Assembly (NCBI GenBank): GCA_963742235.1
Contig: CAVULT010000004.1
Location: forward strand, 25,765 to 89,764
Length of the DNA: 64,000 nt
Origin: Candidatus Aminicenantes bacterium
GTDB lineage: Bacteria; Acidobacteriota; Aminicenantia; Aminicenantales; Saccharicenantaceae
Direction of reading: 5' to 3'
Each line of letters opens with the position of its first letter. Within the stretch, counting starts at the first letter, position 1. The position numbers and the translations under genes were made by a program. Below, in pieces: positions 37,657-48,480 of the stretch. Below the pieces are notes generated by a model. The model did not search any database. It saw only the letters and a list, made by a program, of their open reading frames with translations, and had not been told where the DNA came from.

Positions 37657-39087
37657 TCAAAACATGAACCAAACGAGCGCATAGAGCGTGTTGCGACCGG
37701 AAGCGTCGCTTCCGAATCCGTCATAGTCCGAATGAGCTCCGTTGAACTTGTCATAGAAGACGTACTGCAGAGAGAGCTTGATCTTGTCCCACAGTCGATA
37801 ACCCAACTCGAGGATAAGACCGTTGCTGTCGGGACTGCCTGTCCGGCTTCCGTCGACCGGAACGGAAGGATAGAGCAGCCGGTCGATCCGGCCGGTCGTG
37901 GAAAAATAGCCTATCGATCCTCCGATATCGCCCGAATGGATCCTGTAGTAATAGTTCAGGTTCATTCTGAACGTATTCAGGAAGTCCGTAGGATTGGCCG
38001 TATTCCCGGGGGCGAAGCCTGCCCTCCAATCCTGGTTCTCATGAATCCAGGTGGCGTGCGCGGTGATGATATGCTTGCCCGCTTTGGGCATCTGACCGGC
38101 GTCCACTTGCCCGGCGCCGTCCATTTGCATCTGCCCTTGCATGTGTTCCGCGCCCAAAGTCCCCATGTACTGGTATTGGGCGTCAAAGGCGACGTCCGTA
38201 AATCTGTCCGCCGGCCCGCTCCTGAGGCCTGAGGGGAAGATATCAGCCCGCATGCCGAAAGTGCCCAGGGTCAGGAAGTGGTTCTTCCACCGTCGTTCCA
38301 ACGCCAGCCGCCAATAGGGGGCGGCGCCGTCCACAACCTGCTCCGTCGGGGTGCCCGCGCCCAATGGTCTGGTGATGCCGCTCCCGGCCGTGCGGTAAAC
38401 GGATCCTTCGAGATAGATCAGATTGTTCCAAAAAACGTACGCGCCGAGGCCGCCGACTTGCTGGCCCAGAGCCCCGTCGATGATCGCCGCGGCGGCGGGA
38501 GTCGAAGCGACGCTCGAAGAGGCGAAGGGGAACCCCCACGCCGGGGTGCTGTTCCAGACGTCCTGGGCCGTCGGGCTATTATTGAGAGTCAGCCCGTAGA
38601 TCAGGTTTTTGCCCCACACAACGGTGTTGTTGGAATAGCGGATGTCCAAGATGTCCAGGAAGACCTTGTTGCTGACGCCATCGTAGGTCCCCTGCACGAA
38701 AGCCCCGACCTTATCGTAAATCCGGCCTCCGAAAAACAGGCTCAACTGCTGCGGCAGGTTTATCCTGTCGCGCCCCCTGTTGCCGGAGTCAAAAGGAGCG
38801 ACCCCTGAGGTCAGTCCCTTGGATTCCGTGAAAGAGATCTGGGCCATGCCCGCCAGCGGAGGAGGAAGCTCATAGGGCTTGCCGCTCTTGCTCAGCACAT
38901 AGCCGCCGAGCTTGAAGATCCGTCCGAACGGCGACAACTCGGGGAAGACCGTATGACATTCCGTGCACGGCATACGGGTCTGGCGGGCGTAACTCGGCAC
39001 GGCCTGGGCCATGCGTGACAATAAAAGGGGAGAGAACACGAGCCCGATGAGAAGCAAGAACGCTGTTCTGAGTTTTTTCCGGGCCAT
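37657..39087 (-). CDS. Cyc2-like fused monohaem cytochrome c / outer-membrane porin (candidate)
   Basis: Signal peptide ...RMAQA. A single CXXCH (CTECH, residues 41-45) sits in SYARQTRMPCTECHTVFPELSPFGRIFKLGGY. About 420 aa of alternating beta-strand-like sequence follow, ending ...LYALVWFMF (OMP C-terminal Phe). Confidence 0.5.
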   Translation of the reverse strand: MARKKLRTAFLLLIGLVFSPLLLSRMAQAVPSYARQTRMPCTECHTVFPELSPFGRIFKLGGYVLSKSGKPYELPPPLAGMAQISFTESKGLTSGVAPFDSGNRGRDRINLPQQLSLFFGGRIYDKVGAFVQGTYDGVSNKVFLDILDIRYSNNTVVWGKNLIYGLTLNNSPTAQDVWNSTPAWGFPFASSSVASTPAAAAIIDGALGQQVGGLGAYVFWNNLIYLEGSVYRTAGSGITRPLGAGTPTEQVVDGAAPYWRLALERRWKNHFLTLGTFGMRADIFPSGLRSGPADRFTDVAFDAQYQYMGTLGAEHMQGQMQMDGAGQVDAGQMPKAGKHIITAHATWIHENQDWRAGFAPGNTANPTDFLNTFRMNLNYYYRIHSGDIGGSIGYFSTTGRIDRLLYPSVPVDGSRTGSPDSNGLILELGYRLWDKIKLSLQYVFYDKFNGAHSDYDGFGSDASGRNTLYALVWFMF

Positions 39088-39100
39088 ATTTCATCCCCCG

Positions 39101-39481
39101 TCAATGCTTGTCCTGCACGGGTTTCTTGAAAGTCTGAGAGATATATAAAATGATGTCCTCGATCTCAGCGGGCGCCAAGTCAAAGGCCGGCATCATTTCC
39201 TTGCCTTTCTTGATGGTCTCTCCGATCTTTTTCTCGACATCGCCCTGCCAAAACTTGGAATCGGTAAAATCGACCGGGTGCCCCAGGAGAGGCTCGGCCG
39301 CCGGCCCTTTCCCGTCCCCCCTGAGGCCGTGACAAAACTGGCATTTGTTCCGATAGAGTGTTTTCCCCTTGGCGTATTCGTTCCCTTCGACCCCTTGGGC
39401 CGACAGAGGGGCCGCCCCCAGCAACATCGCGACCACGGCGCATCCGAGAATCCTATTCACAAGACGGCCCCCCTTCTCCAT
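39101..39481 (-). CDS. Periplasmic monohaem c-type cytochrome (class I)
   Basis: Signal peptide, CQFCH haem motif, and a distal Met candidate in KEMMPAF. The stop lies 13 nt before the Cyc2-like start. Confidence 0.8.
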   Translation of the reverse strand: MEKGGRLVNRILGCAVVAMLLGAAPLSAQGVEGNEYAKGKTLYRNKCQFCHGLRGDGKGPAAEPLLGHPVDFTDSKFWQGDVEKKIGETIKKGKEMMPAFDLAPAEIEDIILYISQTFKKPVQDKH

Positions 39482-39543
39482 CGGAGTTTCAGCCGCGTTC
39501 TCTCAATCGCTTTTGTAAAAATCATCCTATCATGGTCATCCGG

Positions 39544-39669
39544 TCATTTCTTTAACAGCTTTCTGATCACGACGACCAGCAGGACCACCACGAGTATGCC
39601 GATGACCGTCCAAAGCCACATCCCTCCGCCCAGCCAGCCATTCATCCAGCCATTGGCATGATTCATCAT
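39544..39669 (-). CDS. Small (41 aa) single-pass membrane peptide
   Basis: MMNHANGWMNGWLGGGMWLWTVIGILVVVLLVVVIRKLLKK, preceded by AAGGGGG. The longer 109-aa ORF has no better support. Confidence 0.35.
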   Translation of the reverse strand: MMNHANGWMNGWLGGGMWLWTVIGILVVVLLVVVIRKLLKK

Positions 39670-39942
39670 GAAGCCCCCTTCGGTGCCCTGCGACCAGTCC
39701 GCCTCGTGAGTTGAGTCGATAGCGCCTGGGGCTGGAGCATGGACTACACCTGCAATAACATTTTGCCAGATTTGTGCCATGCCGTGCGATTTTGATGGCA
39801 ACTGGGAAAAGGACAGGGCACGCGCAGGAAAAATGGGCTTATATTTCCCCCCGGATTGAAGCGGGGTCTTCACACGAACCGACCGCGGCGATCTCGAGAC
39901 CGCGCGAAGATTCCAGTTGACTTGCCGCCTGGAACCTGCTAC

Positions 39943-39962
39943 TAATGTACAAAGTTACATTA
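39943..39962. promoter_or_regulatory. Candidate TetR operator
   Basis: TAATGTA (39943-39949), 6 nt spacer, TACATTA (39956-39962). It lies 21 nt upstream of the tetR ATG. Confidence 0.3.
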
Positions 39963-39982
39963 TTTGTCTATTTGTATCAACT

Positions 39983-40561
39983 ATGGATAAAGAAAGAACC
40001 GATCTCGTCCGGGCCTCGATATTGCAGGCGGCGGAGACACTTTTCCAGAAATGGGGCGTCAACAAAACGACAATGGAGGACATCGCCCGCGAGGCCGGAA
40101 GAGGAAGAGGCACGGTCTACCACCATTTCAAGAGCAGGGAAGACGTGCTCGAAGCCGTGGCCGAGGCCAAGGCCGTCAGGATGGCCGGCGATGTCATGAA
40201 GGAGATGGCCGCGAAAGACACGGCCCGTGAGAAGCTCCATGTCTTGATGCACGCGACCTTCAGAGAGCTGCGCCGGGACATGGCCCTGTGCCAGATCATC
40301 CGGGGCGCATGCCGGATCGACAAGAGCCTGAGCGAGAGGATCCAGAAGAAGTTCGACGCGATAGACCTTGGCATCATCGAGCCCGTGCTCAGGCTCGGGA
40401 TCGAGAGGCGCGAATTCAAGTTCATCCACCCCGGGAACATCGACGTCGCGGCCCGAGCCATAGCGGCCGTTAAAAAAGGCCTGGCCACGACCCTGTTCAT
40501 CGAAGACAACGACAAGCCGGTGGTCGATTTCGTCATGACCATCCTGTCCGAGGGCCTCTAG
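39983..40561 (+). CDS. TetR/AcrR family transcriptional regulator
   Basis: The HTH reads ILQAAETLFQKWGVNKTTMEDIAREAGRGRGTVYHHFKSRE. Confidence 0.85.
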   Translation: MDKERTDLVRASILQAAETLFQKWGVNKTTMEDIAREAGRGRGTVYHHFKSREDVLEAVAEAKAVRMAGDVMKEMAAKDTAREKLHVLMHATFRELRRDMALCQIIRGACRIDKSLSERIQKKFDAIDLGIIEPVLRLGIERREFKFIHPGNIDVAARAIAAVKKGLATTLFIEDNDKPVVDFVMTILSEGL

Positions 40562-40646
40562 CCGCCGGGTTATCGGCCCCATCATCGATCGGCAGAAAAA
40601 TATTTTGAGAGTCCCTGAAGGGAATTTTGTTGGAAGGAGACCTCGA

Positions 40647-41861
40647 ATGCGCGACCTGTTCCATCGCTCCAATGGCTCCACCTCCCCGGATCGTTCTTCC
40701 CGCGAGCGGCGCTTCCGCCCGATCGGGCGTCGGCCGAACGGCTGGACCGTTCTGGGCTTTTTCGCGGTGATCGCCGCGGCGGCCGCATGCAAGTCCACGC
40801 CGCCGCCCCAGGCGCTGGCCGAGGTCGGCACGGTCACCATCCGCACCGAGCGGGCCAAGCTGACCACCGAGCTCCCCGGCCGCACCTCGGCCTTCCTGGT
40901 CGCCGAGATCCGTCCCCAGGTGAACGGCATCATCCAGAAGCGCCTCTTCGAGGAAGGCTCCGACGTCAGGGCCGGAAGCATCCTGTATCAGATCGACCCG
41001 GCTCCCTACCAGGCCGCGTTCGAGCAGGCCAAGGCCGCGCTGGCCGTGGCCGAATCCAAGGTGCCCTCCGCCCGCTCCCGCGCCGAGCGCTACAAGGGCC
41101 TCGTGGCCGTCCATGCCGTCGGCGAGCAGGACTATGACGACGCGGTGGCGGCTCTCGGGACGGCCGAGGCCAGCGCGGCGTCGGCCCGGGCGGCCATGGA
41201 TAACGCTCGCATCAACCTTGAATATACGCCCATCAAATCGCCCATCCACGGACGCATCGGCCGCTCCAGCGTCACCGTCGGGGCGCTGGTCAACGGCTAC
41301 CAGGGCAGTCCCCTGGCGGTCGTCCAACAGATGGATCCCATCTATGTGGACCTCATCCAGTCCAGCACCGAGGTCCTCCGGCTGCGGCGGAAGATGGAAA
41401 GCGGAGGGCTGAAACAGGACAAGGAAGCCTGGAGCAAGGTCAAGCTGCTGCTGGATGACGGGACACCCTATCCCCTCGAGGGGACCCTCCAGTTCCGCGA
41501 CATCACGGTCGATCCGACCACCGGGTCGGTGACTCTGCGGGCCGTCTTCCCCAATCCCGACAACCTCCTTCTTCCCGGCATGTTCGTTCGGGCCGTCGTG
41601 GAGGAGGGCGTGAACGATGAGGCCCTCTTCGTTCCCCAGCAGGGCGTCAGCCGGGACACGAAGGGGAATCCCGTCGCGCTGGTCGTGGACAAGGCCGACA
41701 AGGTCGAGCAGCGCGTCCTCGAACTGGACCGCGCCATCGGCGACAGATGGCTGGTCACCAAGGGGCTGGCCGTCGGCGACCGCGTCATCATCGAAGGGCT
41801 CCAGAAAGTGAGGCCCGGCGCCTCCGTGAAGGTCGTCCCGGTCGATGCCGGCGGAAAATGA
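40647..41861 (+). CDS. Efflux RND periplasmic adaptor (AcrA/MexA-like)
   Basis: Lipobox AAAACK. LPGRTSAFLVAEIRPQVNGIIQKRLFEEGSDVRAGSILYQIDPAPYQAAF... ATG follows GGAAGGAGA. Confidence 0.9.
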   Translation: MRDLFHRSNGSTSPDRSSRERRFRPIGRRPNGWTVLGFFAVIAAAAACKSTPPPQALAEVGTVTIRTERAKLTTELPGRTSAFLVAEIRPQVNGIIQKRLFEEGSDVRAGSILYQIDPAPYQAAFEQAKAALAVAESKVPSARSRAERYKGLVAVHAVGEQDYDDAVAALGTAEASAASARAAMDNARINLEYTPIKSPIHGRIGRSSVTVGALVNGYQGSPLAVVQQMDPIYVDLIQSSTEVLRLRRKMESGGLKQDKEAWSKVKLLLDDGTPYPLEGTLQFRDITVDPTTGSVTLRAVFPNPDNLLLPGMFVRAVVEEGVNDEALFVPQQGVSRDTKGNPVALVVDKADKVEQRVLELDRAIGDRWLVTKGLAVGDRVIIEGLQKVRPGASVKVVPVDAGGK

Positions 41862-41880
41862 GAGTTGACGGAGGCGCGAG

Positions 41881-44800
41881 ATGATATCGAGATTCTTTCT
41901 TGATCACCCGGTTTTTGCCTGGGTCATCGCCATCGTCATGATGTCGGCCGGGATCCTGGGGATCAACATTCTGCCGACGTCCCAGTATCCCCCCATCGCT
42001 CCGCCGTCCATAGCCATTTCGGCCTTCTACCCCGGAGCCTCGGCGGAGACCGTCGAGAACAGCGTCACCCAGATCATCGAGCAGAAGATGACGGGCTTCG
42101 ACAGGCTGCTCTACATGTCGGCCACCAGCGATTCGGCGGGCGCCGCCCGCATCGAGCTGACCTTCGCCCCGGGGACCGACCCCGACCTCGCCTGGGCCCA
42201 GGTGCAGAACAAGCTTCAGCTGGCCATGGCCAATCTGCCCTCGGTCATCCAGAGCCAGGGAGTGACGGTCAGCAAGTCGACCCGGAATTACCTCATGGTC
42301 GTCGGCCTGGTTTCGGAAGACGGCAGCATGGACGGCATCGACCTCCGGGACTACGCGAAATCCAATCTCGAGAAGGTCATCTCGAGAGTGCCGGGCGTGG
42401 GCGAGGTCGAAGCCTTCGGCGCCGAGTACGCCATGCGCATCTGGCTCAACCCGGAAAAGCTGAACGACTACCAGATGACCGTCCAGGACGTGCTCACGGC
42501 TCTCCGGACCTACAATGTGGAAGTCTCCGCCGGACAATTCGGCGGAATGCCGGCCGTGCCGGGCCAGCGCCTGAACGCGTCCATCATCGTCCAGAGCATG
42601 CTTCAGACTCCCGCGGAGTTCGCCGCCATCCCGCTTCGCACGAATCCCGACGGGTCCATCGTGCGCATCTCCGACGTCGGACGGACGGAATTGGGGACGG
42701 CGACATACGATGCCGAGATCAACGTGAACGGGAGGCCTGCCTCGGGCCTGGCCATCCGGCAGGCCGCCGGCGCCAACGCCCTGGATACGGCCAATTCGGT
42801 CAAAAAGAAACTGGAGGAGATGAGCCCGTACTTCCCGGCCGGCATGAAGGTCGTCTATCCCAACGACTCCACCCTCTTTATCAAGGTCTCCATCGCCGAG
42901 GTGGTCAAGACCCTGTTGATCGCGGTCCTGCTGGTCTTCCTGATCATGTGGCTCTTCCTGGGCAACCTGCGGGCCACGCTCATCCCGACGATCGCCGTGC
43001 CGGTGGTCCTCCTGGGGACGTTCGGAATGCTGGGGCTGTTCGGATTTTCCATCAACATGTTGACCATGTTCGCCATGGTCATGGCCATCGGCCTGCTGGT
43101 CGACGACGCCATCGTCGTCGTGGAGAACGTGGAGCGGATTATGAGCGAGGAGGGGCTGTCGCCCCGCGAAGCCACGGCCAAATCCATGGACCAGATCACC
43201 AGCGCCCTGATCGGCATCGGCCTGGTTCTTTCCGCGGTCTTCGGACCCATGGCCTTCTTCCCCGGTTCGACCGGGGTCATCTATCGCCAGTTCTCCATGA
43301 CCATCGTCTCCGCCATGCTGCTGTCCGTCGTCGTGGCCCTGATCCTGACGCCGGTCCTCTGCGCCTCCCTTCTCAAGCCGGTCGCCGCGGGGCACGAACC
43401 GGCCGAGAGCGCCGTTCGCTGGCTGCGCCCGTTCTTCAGCCGGTTCGACCGCATGTTCTTTCGCTTCCGGAACGCGTACGTCCGGCTCGTCGGCCGGACC
43501 GTTTCCAGGAAAAAGCGCTACGTCGCCGTCTTCCTGATCATCGTGGCGCTGATGGGATTCCTGTACATGCGCATGCCCTCCGCCTACCTTCCGGACGAAG
43601 ACCAGGGCTCGCTGCTGGCGCAGATGATCCTGCCGAAAGGCTCGACACTCGAACAGACCGAGATGGTCTCGGACGAAGTCCAGCGCTATTTCAGGGACAA
43701 CGAGAAGGATGCCGTGGAGTCCGTCATGTCCATCTCCGGAATGGGCTTCTCCGGAAGGGGACAGAACAACGGCATGGTCTTCATCAAGCTGAAGGACTGG
43801 AAGTATCGCGGCAAAGAGGCCCTGCGGGTCAAGGCCGTCGCCGCGAGGGCCACCGCGGCCCTGTCGGCCATCCGGAACGCGACGGTTTATGTCTTCCCGC
43901 CGCCGGCCGTGGTCGAGCTGGGAACCGCCCAGGGTTTCGAATTCGAGCTTCTGGACCGGGCCGGCCAGGGACACGCGGCCCTGACGGCGGCCAGGAACCA
44001 GCTCCTTCAGATCGCGGCCAAGGATCCGAGATTGACGGCAGTCCGGCCCAACGGGATGGAGGACGTGCCCCAGTACCGGATCGATGTCGACTGGGAGAAG
44101 GCCGGCGCGCTGGGAGTGCCCATCTCCTCCATCCACAACACCATCTCGGCCTCCTTCGGGAGCGCTTACGGCAACGACTTCATCCAGGGCGGCCGGATCA
44201 AACGGGTGTACGTCCAGGCGGACGCTCCCTACCGCATGCTGCCCAAGGACCTGGAAAAGCTCTTCGTCCGCAACAACGCGGGCCGGATGGTCCCCTTTTC
44301 CTCCTTCGCCTCAGGCCGCTGGACCTCCGGCTCCCCCAGGCTGGAGCGCTACAACGGGTTCCCCTCGATGAACATCATGGGCCAGGCCACCCCCGGAAAG
44401 AGCTCGGGCGATGCCATGAAGGCCATGGAAGAAGCGATGAGCAAGCTGCCGCCGGGATTCGGCTATGACTGGACCGGCCTGTCCTATCAGGAACGGATGT
44501 CCGGTTCTCAGGCGCCCATGCTCTACGCCATGTCCGTCTTCGTCATCTTCCTGTGCCTGGCGGCGCTCTACGAGAGCTGGAGCATTCCCATTTCGATCCT
44601 GATGGCCCTGCCCCTCGGCATCATCGGCGGCGTGCTCGCCTCGACGCTTCGGGGCATGCCCAACGGCGTCTATTTCCAGATCGGCCTGCTGACCACCCTC
44701 GGCTTGACCGCCAAGAACGCGATCCTGATCGTCCAGTTCGCCAAGGCCCGGATCGAATCGGGCATGGGACTCATCGAAGCGACCCTGGAAGCGGCCAAGC

Positions 44801-45030
44801 TGCGGTTCCGCCCGATCCTCATGACCTCGCTGGCCTTCGGCTTCGGGGTCCTTCCCCTGGCCGTGAGCAAGGGCGCCGGGTCGGGGGCCCAGAATGCCAT
44901 CGGCACCAGCGTGCTGGGGGGGATGATCACGGCCACCGTCCTGGTGGTCATCTTCTCGCCGCTGTTCTACGTGATGATCGAGAAGCTGTCTCGAAGGAGG
45001 CGGGCGCTTGAAAAAGCAAAGGTGCAGTGA
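41881..45030 (+). CDS. Multidrug efflux RND permease (HAE1, AcrB/MexB-like)
   Basis: 1049 aa. [21 protein letters not shown]...[34 protein letters not shown]... is close to the AcrB consensus. Confidence 0.95.
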   Translation: MISRFFLDHPVFAWVIAIVMMSAGILGINILPTSQYPPIAPPSIAISAFYPGASAETVENSVTQIIEQKMTGFDRLLYMSATSDSAGAARIELTFAPGTDPDLAWAQVQNKLQLAMANLPSVIQSQGVTVSKSTRNYLMVVGLVSEDGSMDGIDLRDYAKSNLEKVISRVPGVGEVEAFGAEYAMRIWLNPEKLNDYQMTVQDVLTALRTYNVEVSAGQFGGMPAVPGQRLNASIIVQSMLQTPAEFAAIPLRTNPDGSIVRISDVGRTELGTATYDAEINVNGRPASGLAIRQAAGANALDTANSVKKKLEEMSPYFPAGMKVVYPNDSTLFIKVSIAEVVKTLLIAVLLVFLIMWLFLGNLRATLIPTIAVPVVLLGTFGMLGLFGFSINMLTMFAMVMAIGLLVDDAIVVVENVERIMSEEGLSPREATAKSMDQITSALIGIGLVLSAVFGPMAFFPGSTGVIYRQFSMTIVSAMLLSVVVALILTPVLCASLLKPVAAGHEPAESAVRWLRPFFSRFDRMFFRFRNAYVRLVGRTVSRKKRYVAVFLIIVALMGFLYMRMPSAYLPDEDQGSLLAQMILPKGSTLEQTEMVSDEVQRYFRDNEKDAVESVMSISGMGFSGRGQNNGMVFIKLKDWKYRGKEALRVKAVAARATAALSAIRNATVYVFPPPAVVELGTAQGFEFELLDRAGQGHAALTAARNQLLQIAAKDPRLTAVRPNGMEDVPQYRIDVDWEKAGALGVPISSIHNTISASFGSAYGNDFIQGGRIKRVYVQADAPYRMLPKDLEKLFVRNNAGRMVPFSSFASGRWTSGSPRLERYNGFPSMNIMGQATPGKSSGDAMKAMEEAMSKLPPGFGYDWTGLSYQERMSGSQAPMLYAMSVFVIFLCLAALYESWSIPISILMALPLGIIGGVLASTLRGMPNGVYFQIGLLTTLGLTAKNAILIVQFAKARIESGMGLIEATLEAAKLRFRPILMTSLAFGFGVLPLAVSKGAGSGAQNAIGTSVLGGMITATVLVVIFSPLFYVMIEKLSRRRRALEKAKVQ

Positions 45031-45031
45031 C

Positions 45032-46429
45032 ATGTCGAAAAAAGCGATAGCCATAGGTTTTTCTTTCCTCATCCTGGGCGGCTGCTCCATGGCCCCGAAG
45101 TATCGTCGCCCCGAGGCTCCGGTCGCCGGGGCCTGGTCCGAGGACGCCGCCGGGAAGGCCGGCGCGGCCGCGGCCCCCGTTGCCGCCGACCTTGCCTGGG
45201 GCGAGTTCTTCACCGATCCGAACCTGCGGTCCGTCATCGAGCTGGCGCTCGCCGACAACCGTGACCTGAGGGTCGCCGCGCTCAATGTCGAAAAGGCCCG
45301 CGCCTTGTACAGGATCCAGCGGTCGAACCTGCTGCCCAGCGTGGCCGCCGCGGCCGGCGCCGATAATTCCAGGATCCCGGCGAAGATGTCGACGACCGGC
45401 TCCGCTTATACGGCGGAGCAGTACAGCGTCTTGGGCACGGCTTCCTGGGAGTTGGACCTTTTCGGCCGCATTCGGAGCCTCAAGACCAAGGCCCTGAACC
45501 AGTTCTTCGCGACGGTCGAGGCGCGTCGGGCCGCGCAGATATCCCTTGTGGCGGCCGTGGCCGAGAACTACCTGATCCTGGCGGCCGACCAGGAGGCCCT
45601 GCGCCTCGCCGAGGCGACGCTGGACGCCCAGAAGACGTCCTATGATCTCATCCGGAAAAGCCGGGACGCGGGCGTCACATCGGACCTGGTGCTTCGCCAG
45701 TCCCAGAGCCAGGTGGAAGCCGCCCGAGTGGATGTCGCGAGCTTTACCGGCATCGTGGCCACGGACAAGAACGCGCTCAACCTGCTCGCCGGCGCCGCCG
45801 TGCCGGCCGGCCTGCTGCCCGATGGTCTCGGCACGGCCGGGGAAATGAAGGACATCTCCGCCGGTCTGGATTCGGAAGTCCTCCTGCGCCGCCCGGACAT
45901 CCTGGCGGCCGAGTATCTGCTCAAAGGCGCGAACGCCAACATCGGGGCGGCCCGCGCGGCCTTCTTCCCGCGCATCAGCCTGACCGCCGCGGCCGGCATC
46001 CTGGCCCCGGGTCTCTCGGCCCTTTTCGAATCCGGGACGGGGTACTGGAATTACGCACCGCAGATCGTCGCGCCGATCTTCACCGGCGGTTCGCTCAAGG
46101 CCAACCTCAAGGCGGCCAAGGTGGACCGCGACATCGCCGTCGCCCAGTATGAAAAGGCCATCCAATCCGCGTTCCGGGAGGTCAGCGACGCCCTGGTCAC
46201 GAGGATCGCCCTGGTGAACCAGCTCGAGGCGCAGAAGGCCCTGGTGGACGCCCTCGATGAGAGCTATCGTCTCTCCGAGGCCCGGTATAAAGCGGGGATC
46301 GACAACTATCTCGGCGTGCTCGTAACCCAGCGGTCTTTGTACGACGCCCAGCGCGGGCTTGTGGCGACCCGGCTGGCCCGCCAGGCCAACCAAGTCGCGC
46401 TCTTCAGCGTGCTCGGCGGAGGCATCTGA
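45032..46429 (+). CDS. Efflux outer-membrane factor lipoprotein (NodT/OprM family)
   Basis: Lipobox LGGCS. APKYRRPEAP...AWGEFFTDPNL... Starts 1 nt after the RND stop. Confidence 0.9.
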   Translation: MSKKAIAIGFSFLILGGCSMAPKYRRPEAPVAGAWSEDAAGKAGAAAAPVAADLAWGEFFTDPNLRSVIELALADNRDLRVAALNVEKARALYRIQRSNLLPSVAAAAGADNSRIPAKMSTTGSAYTAEQYSVLGTASWELDLFGRIRSLKTKALNQFFATVEARRAAQISLVAAVAENYLILAADQEALRLAEATLDAQKTSYDLIRKSRDAGVTSDLVLRQSQSQVEAARVDVASFTGIVATDKNALNLLAGAAVPAGLLPDGLGTAGEMKDISAGLDSEVLLRRPDILAAEYLLKGANANIGAARAAFFPRISLTAAAGILAPGLSALFESGTGYWNYAPQIVAPIFTGGSLKANLKAAKVDRDIAVAQYEKAIQSAFREVSDALVTRIALVNQLEAQKALVDALDESYRLSEARYKAGIDNYLGVLVTQRSLYDAQRGLVATRLARQANQVALFSVLGGGI

Positions 46430-46455
46430 CAAGCGCGCCGAAGAAGGCTCCGCCT

Positions 46456-46992
46456 TCAAACGAAGGGTTGATCGAAGAGCCGGCGCAAGCTGGACTTCTT
46501 CTTGATGTAGAGGGTCACAGCGCCCGCGATGAGCCCGGCCGCGATCAGGGCGAAAAGCCAATGCGGCAAACCCGATTCGATGACCACTTTTGTGGCGTCC
46601 TCACCCGAGGGCGCCTTGCCGCTGCCGACCAGGAACGGGATCACGAGCCAGGGCAGGAGCGTGCCGATGACGATCGCGGACGAGAAGAGCTTGACCAATT
46701 CCACGATCGGCGGGGCGTTCTTCCGCACCAGCACGAGGAACAGCGCCCACGCGAACAGCGGCAGCGCCAGTCCGGCGATGTTGATGAGCGCCATCTGGGC
46801 CGAAGTGAAGCTCCCGGAGAGATGGACATGAGCGGAAGGAAGGGCGAGATCCATTCCCGAAGCCGAGCCGCCGCAGGCCAGAGCCGCCAGAGTATGGCCT
46901 GATTCATGAAGCAGCGGATAGACGAAGGCGATCAACACGGCGCAGACGGCCAGCGCGATTCCCGCGTTGATCAATCGTTGTCCGAGGCTCAT
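46456..46992 (-). CDS. Membrane protein with HExxH motif (putative zinc peptidase, DUF3267-like)
   Basis: LLHESGHTLAA lies between hydrophobic helices. Confidence 0.45.
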   Translation of the reverse strand: MSLGQRLINAGIALAVCAVLIAFVYPLLHESGHTLAALACGGSASGMDLALPSAHVHLSGSFTSAQMALINIAGLALPLFAWALFLVLVRKNAPPIVELVKLFSSAIVIGTLLPWLVIPFLVGSGKAPSGEDATKVVIESGLPHWLFALIAAGLIAGAVTLYIKKKSSLRRLFDQPFV

Positions 46993-47065
46993 GATTTCTT
47001 TCGAGGGCGGATGATATTCGCGGCCCGGCCATGTGTCAATCAGGAAACGTTCCCGCCGCCCTTGT

Positions 47066-48349
47066 TCAGCGCAGCGATATCCTCATCGCATCGTAGCTGA
47101 GCGTCAGCGCCTGGCGGCCGGTCATGAGGTCGAGGCTGAAGCTGCCGTCGAAGGCGTCGCTCGTCGCGCCCGTGGCCCGAGTCAGGACCGGCAGGGCCTT
47201 GTCGAAACGCACCTCGAGACCGGCGACGAGGAAATTCAGCCCTTTCAGCATATAGACCGGGTCCTTGGTACGCGTCCCAACGCCCTCGATCTTCGCCGGC
47301 TCATAAACGCCGCGCCGCTTGATGTCCGGCTCGAAGGCCTTGTAGAAGGGCAGAAAGAGCTCGGACCCGAAGGCCCCGGTGTCGAGGAAGAACAGAAGCC
47401 GCCGGCCCTCGTATTCCGCTTCGACGACGGGATCGGCGCCCGCGAGGAAGAAATTCGGGGGGCCCTGAAGCCGCGGCGGCGAGGTGACGATGAACCGTCC
47501 CCCGCGGGTGAAGGTCAGTTCCTTCAGGTTGACCAGGATGGGGAAGCTCAGCAGTCCCTTGCGCTGTTTCCCGATCTCGGGAAAATAGAGCATCTCTTCC
47601 GGAACGACGAGGAAGACCGCGTTGCGCACCCTGATGCCGGCCAGGCGCAGCTCGGGCACGAGGCATGGCCTCGCCCTGATGACCTTGCCAGTCGCCGTGC
47701 CGATCTCCACGACGTCATCGAGGATCTTGAGCCCGAGGCGCTCGGCCTCGGGGCGGACGATCATGTTGAACGCGGAACCGGTATCGGGCAGGAGCGGGAC
47801 CTCGAGGCCGTTGATCTCGACGGGGACCTCCCCCGCATCCGTCATGGCGATCTCCGTGTCGCCCGGGATCTCGACGGTCTGGGGCGGCGCCGAGGCCATC
47901 GCCTTCCAGAAGTCGATGATCGATATGAATGCGCCGCGCACCGACCGGCTGGTCCCCTTGTCCAGGAACGGCAGCATCTTCTCTCTGGTCTCGGCGGCCT
48001 TGGCGTAGTCGAACATCCTCGCATAGTCGTCGGCGAGGACGATGAGCAGGTCCGCGAGGGCGGCCGCGGGCAGTTGGTTTCCGGCGGTCCGGAGGAGGGA
48101 GGCCAGGTAGTCCGCCGACTCGGCCGGCCGGTTGAAGGCGTTGGCCGTCATCCCCTTATAGAAGAGGATGTCGGGAGTGCTCGCGGTTTCCGGCTCGAGG
48201 AGAGTCCGCATTTCGAAAAACCGGTGCTCGGCGTAGAGCTTCTCCAGCTTCGGACCGGGCTGGCCGCCGGACGCGAGCAAGGCCAAGAGGGCGAGGATAG
48301 GCGCGGCAAGCGCGACCGCCCCCGGGGCCAGCGACGATCGGCCGGACAT
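47066..48349 (-). CDS. Retropepsin-like aspartic protease family protein (two DTG lobes), secreted
   Basis: Signal peptide. LLPDTGSAFNMI and FFLDTGAFGSEL motifs. The N-terminal region is helical. Confidence 0.6.
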   Translation of the reverse strand: MSGRSSLAPGAVALAAPILALLALLASGGQPGPKLEKLYAEHRFFEMRTLLEPETASTPDILFYKGMTANAFNRPAESADYLASLLRTAGNQLPAAALADLLIVLADDYARMFDYAKAAETREKMLPFLDKGTSRSVRGAFISIIDFWKAMASAPPQTVEIPGDTEIAMTDAGEVPVEINGLEVPLLPDTGSAFNMIVRPEAERLGLKILDDVVEIGTATGKVIRARPCLVPELRLAGIRVRNAVFLVVPEEMLYFPEIGKQRKGLLSFPILVNLKELTFTRGGRFIVTSPPRLQGPPNFFLAGADPVVEAEYEGRRLLFFLDTGAFGSELFLPFYKAFEPDIKRRGVYEPAKIEGVGTRTKDPVYMLKGLNFLVAGLEVRFDKALPVLTRATGATSDAFDGSFSLDLMTGRQALTLSYDAMRISLR

Positions 48350-48480
48350 ATTCCCCTCCCTTTCGCACCTTTACCATTATGGCAAGTGCGTGCCCGCCCG
48401 TCAAAAGAGGAGTGGAAAGCCTGGCCATCGCCCGGCATCATCTCAGTTCGCCGGCGCAAGGCGGTATCTCAATTGTGGCA

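Noticed and set aside
39544-39873. Full 109-aa version of the small membrane protein ORF.
   Set aside because: The N-terminal 68 residues have no SD or signal features and lie in an AT-rich spacer. An internal MM start with an AAGGGGG SD gives a compact 41-aa TM peptide. Both versions remain uncertain.
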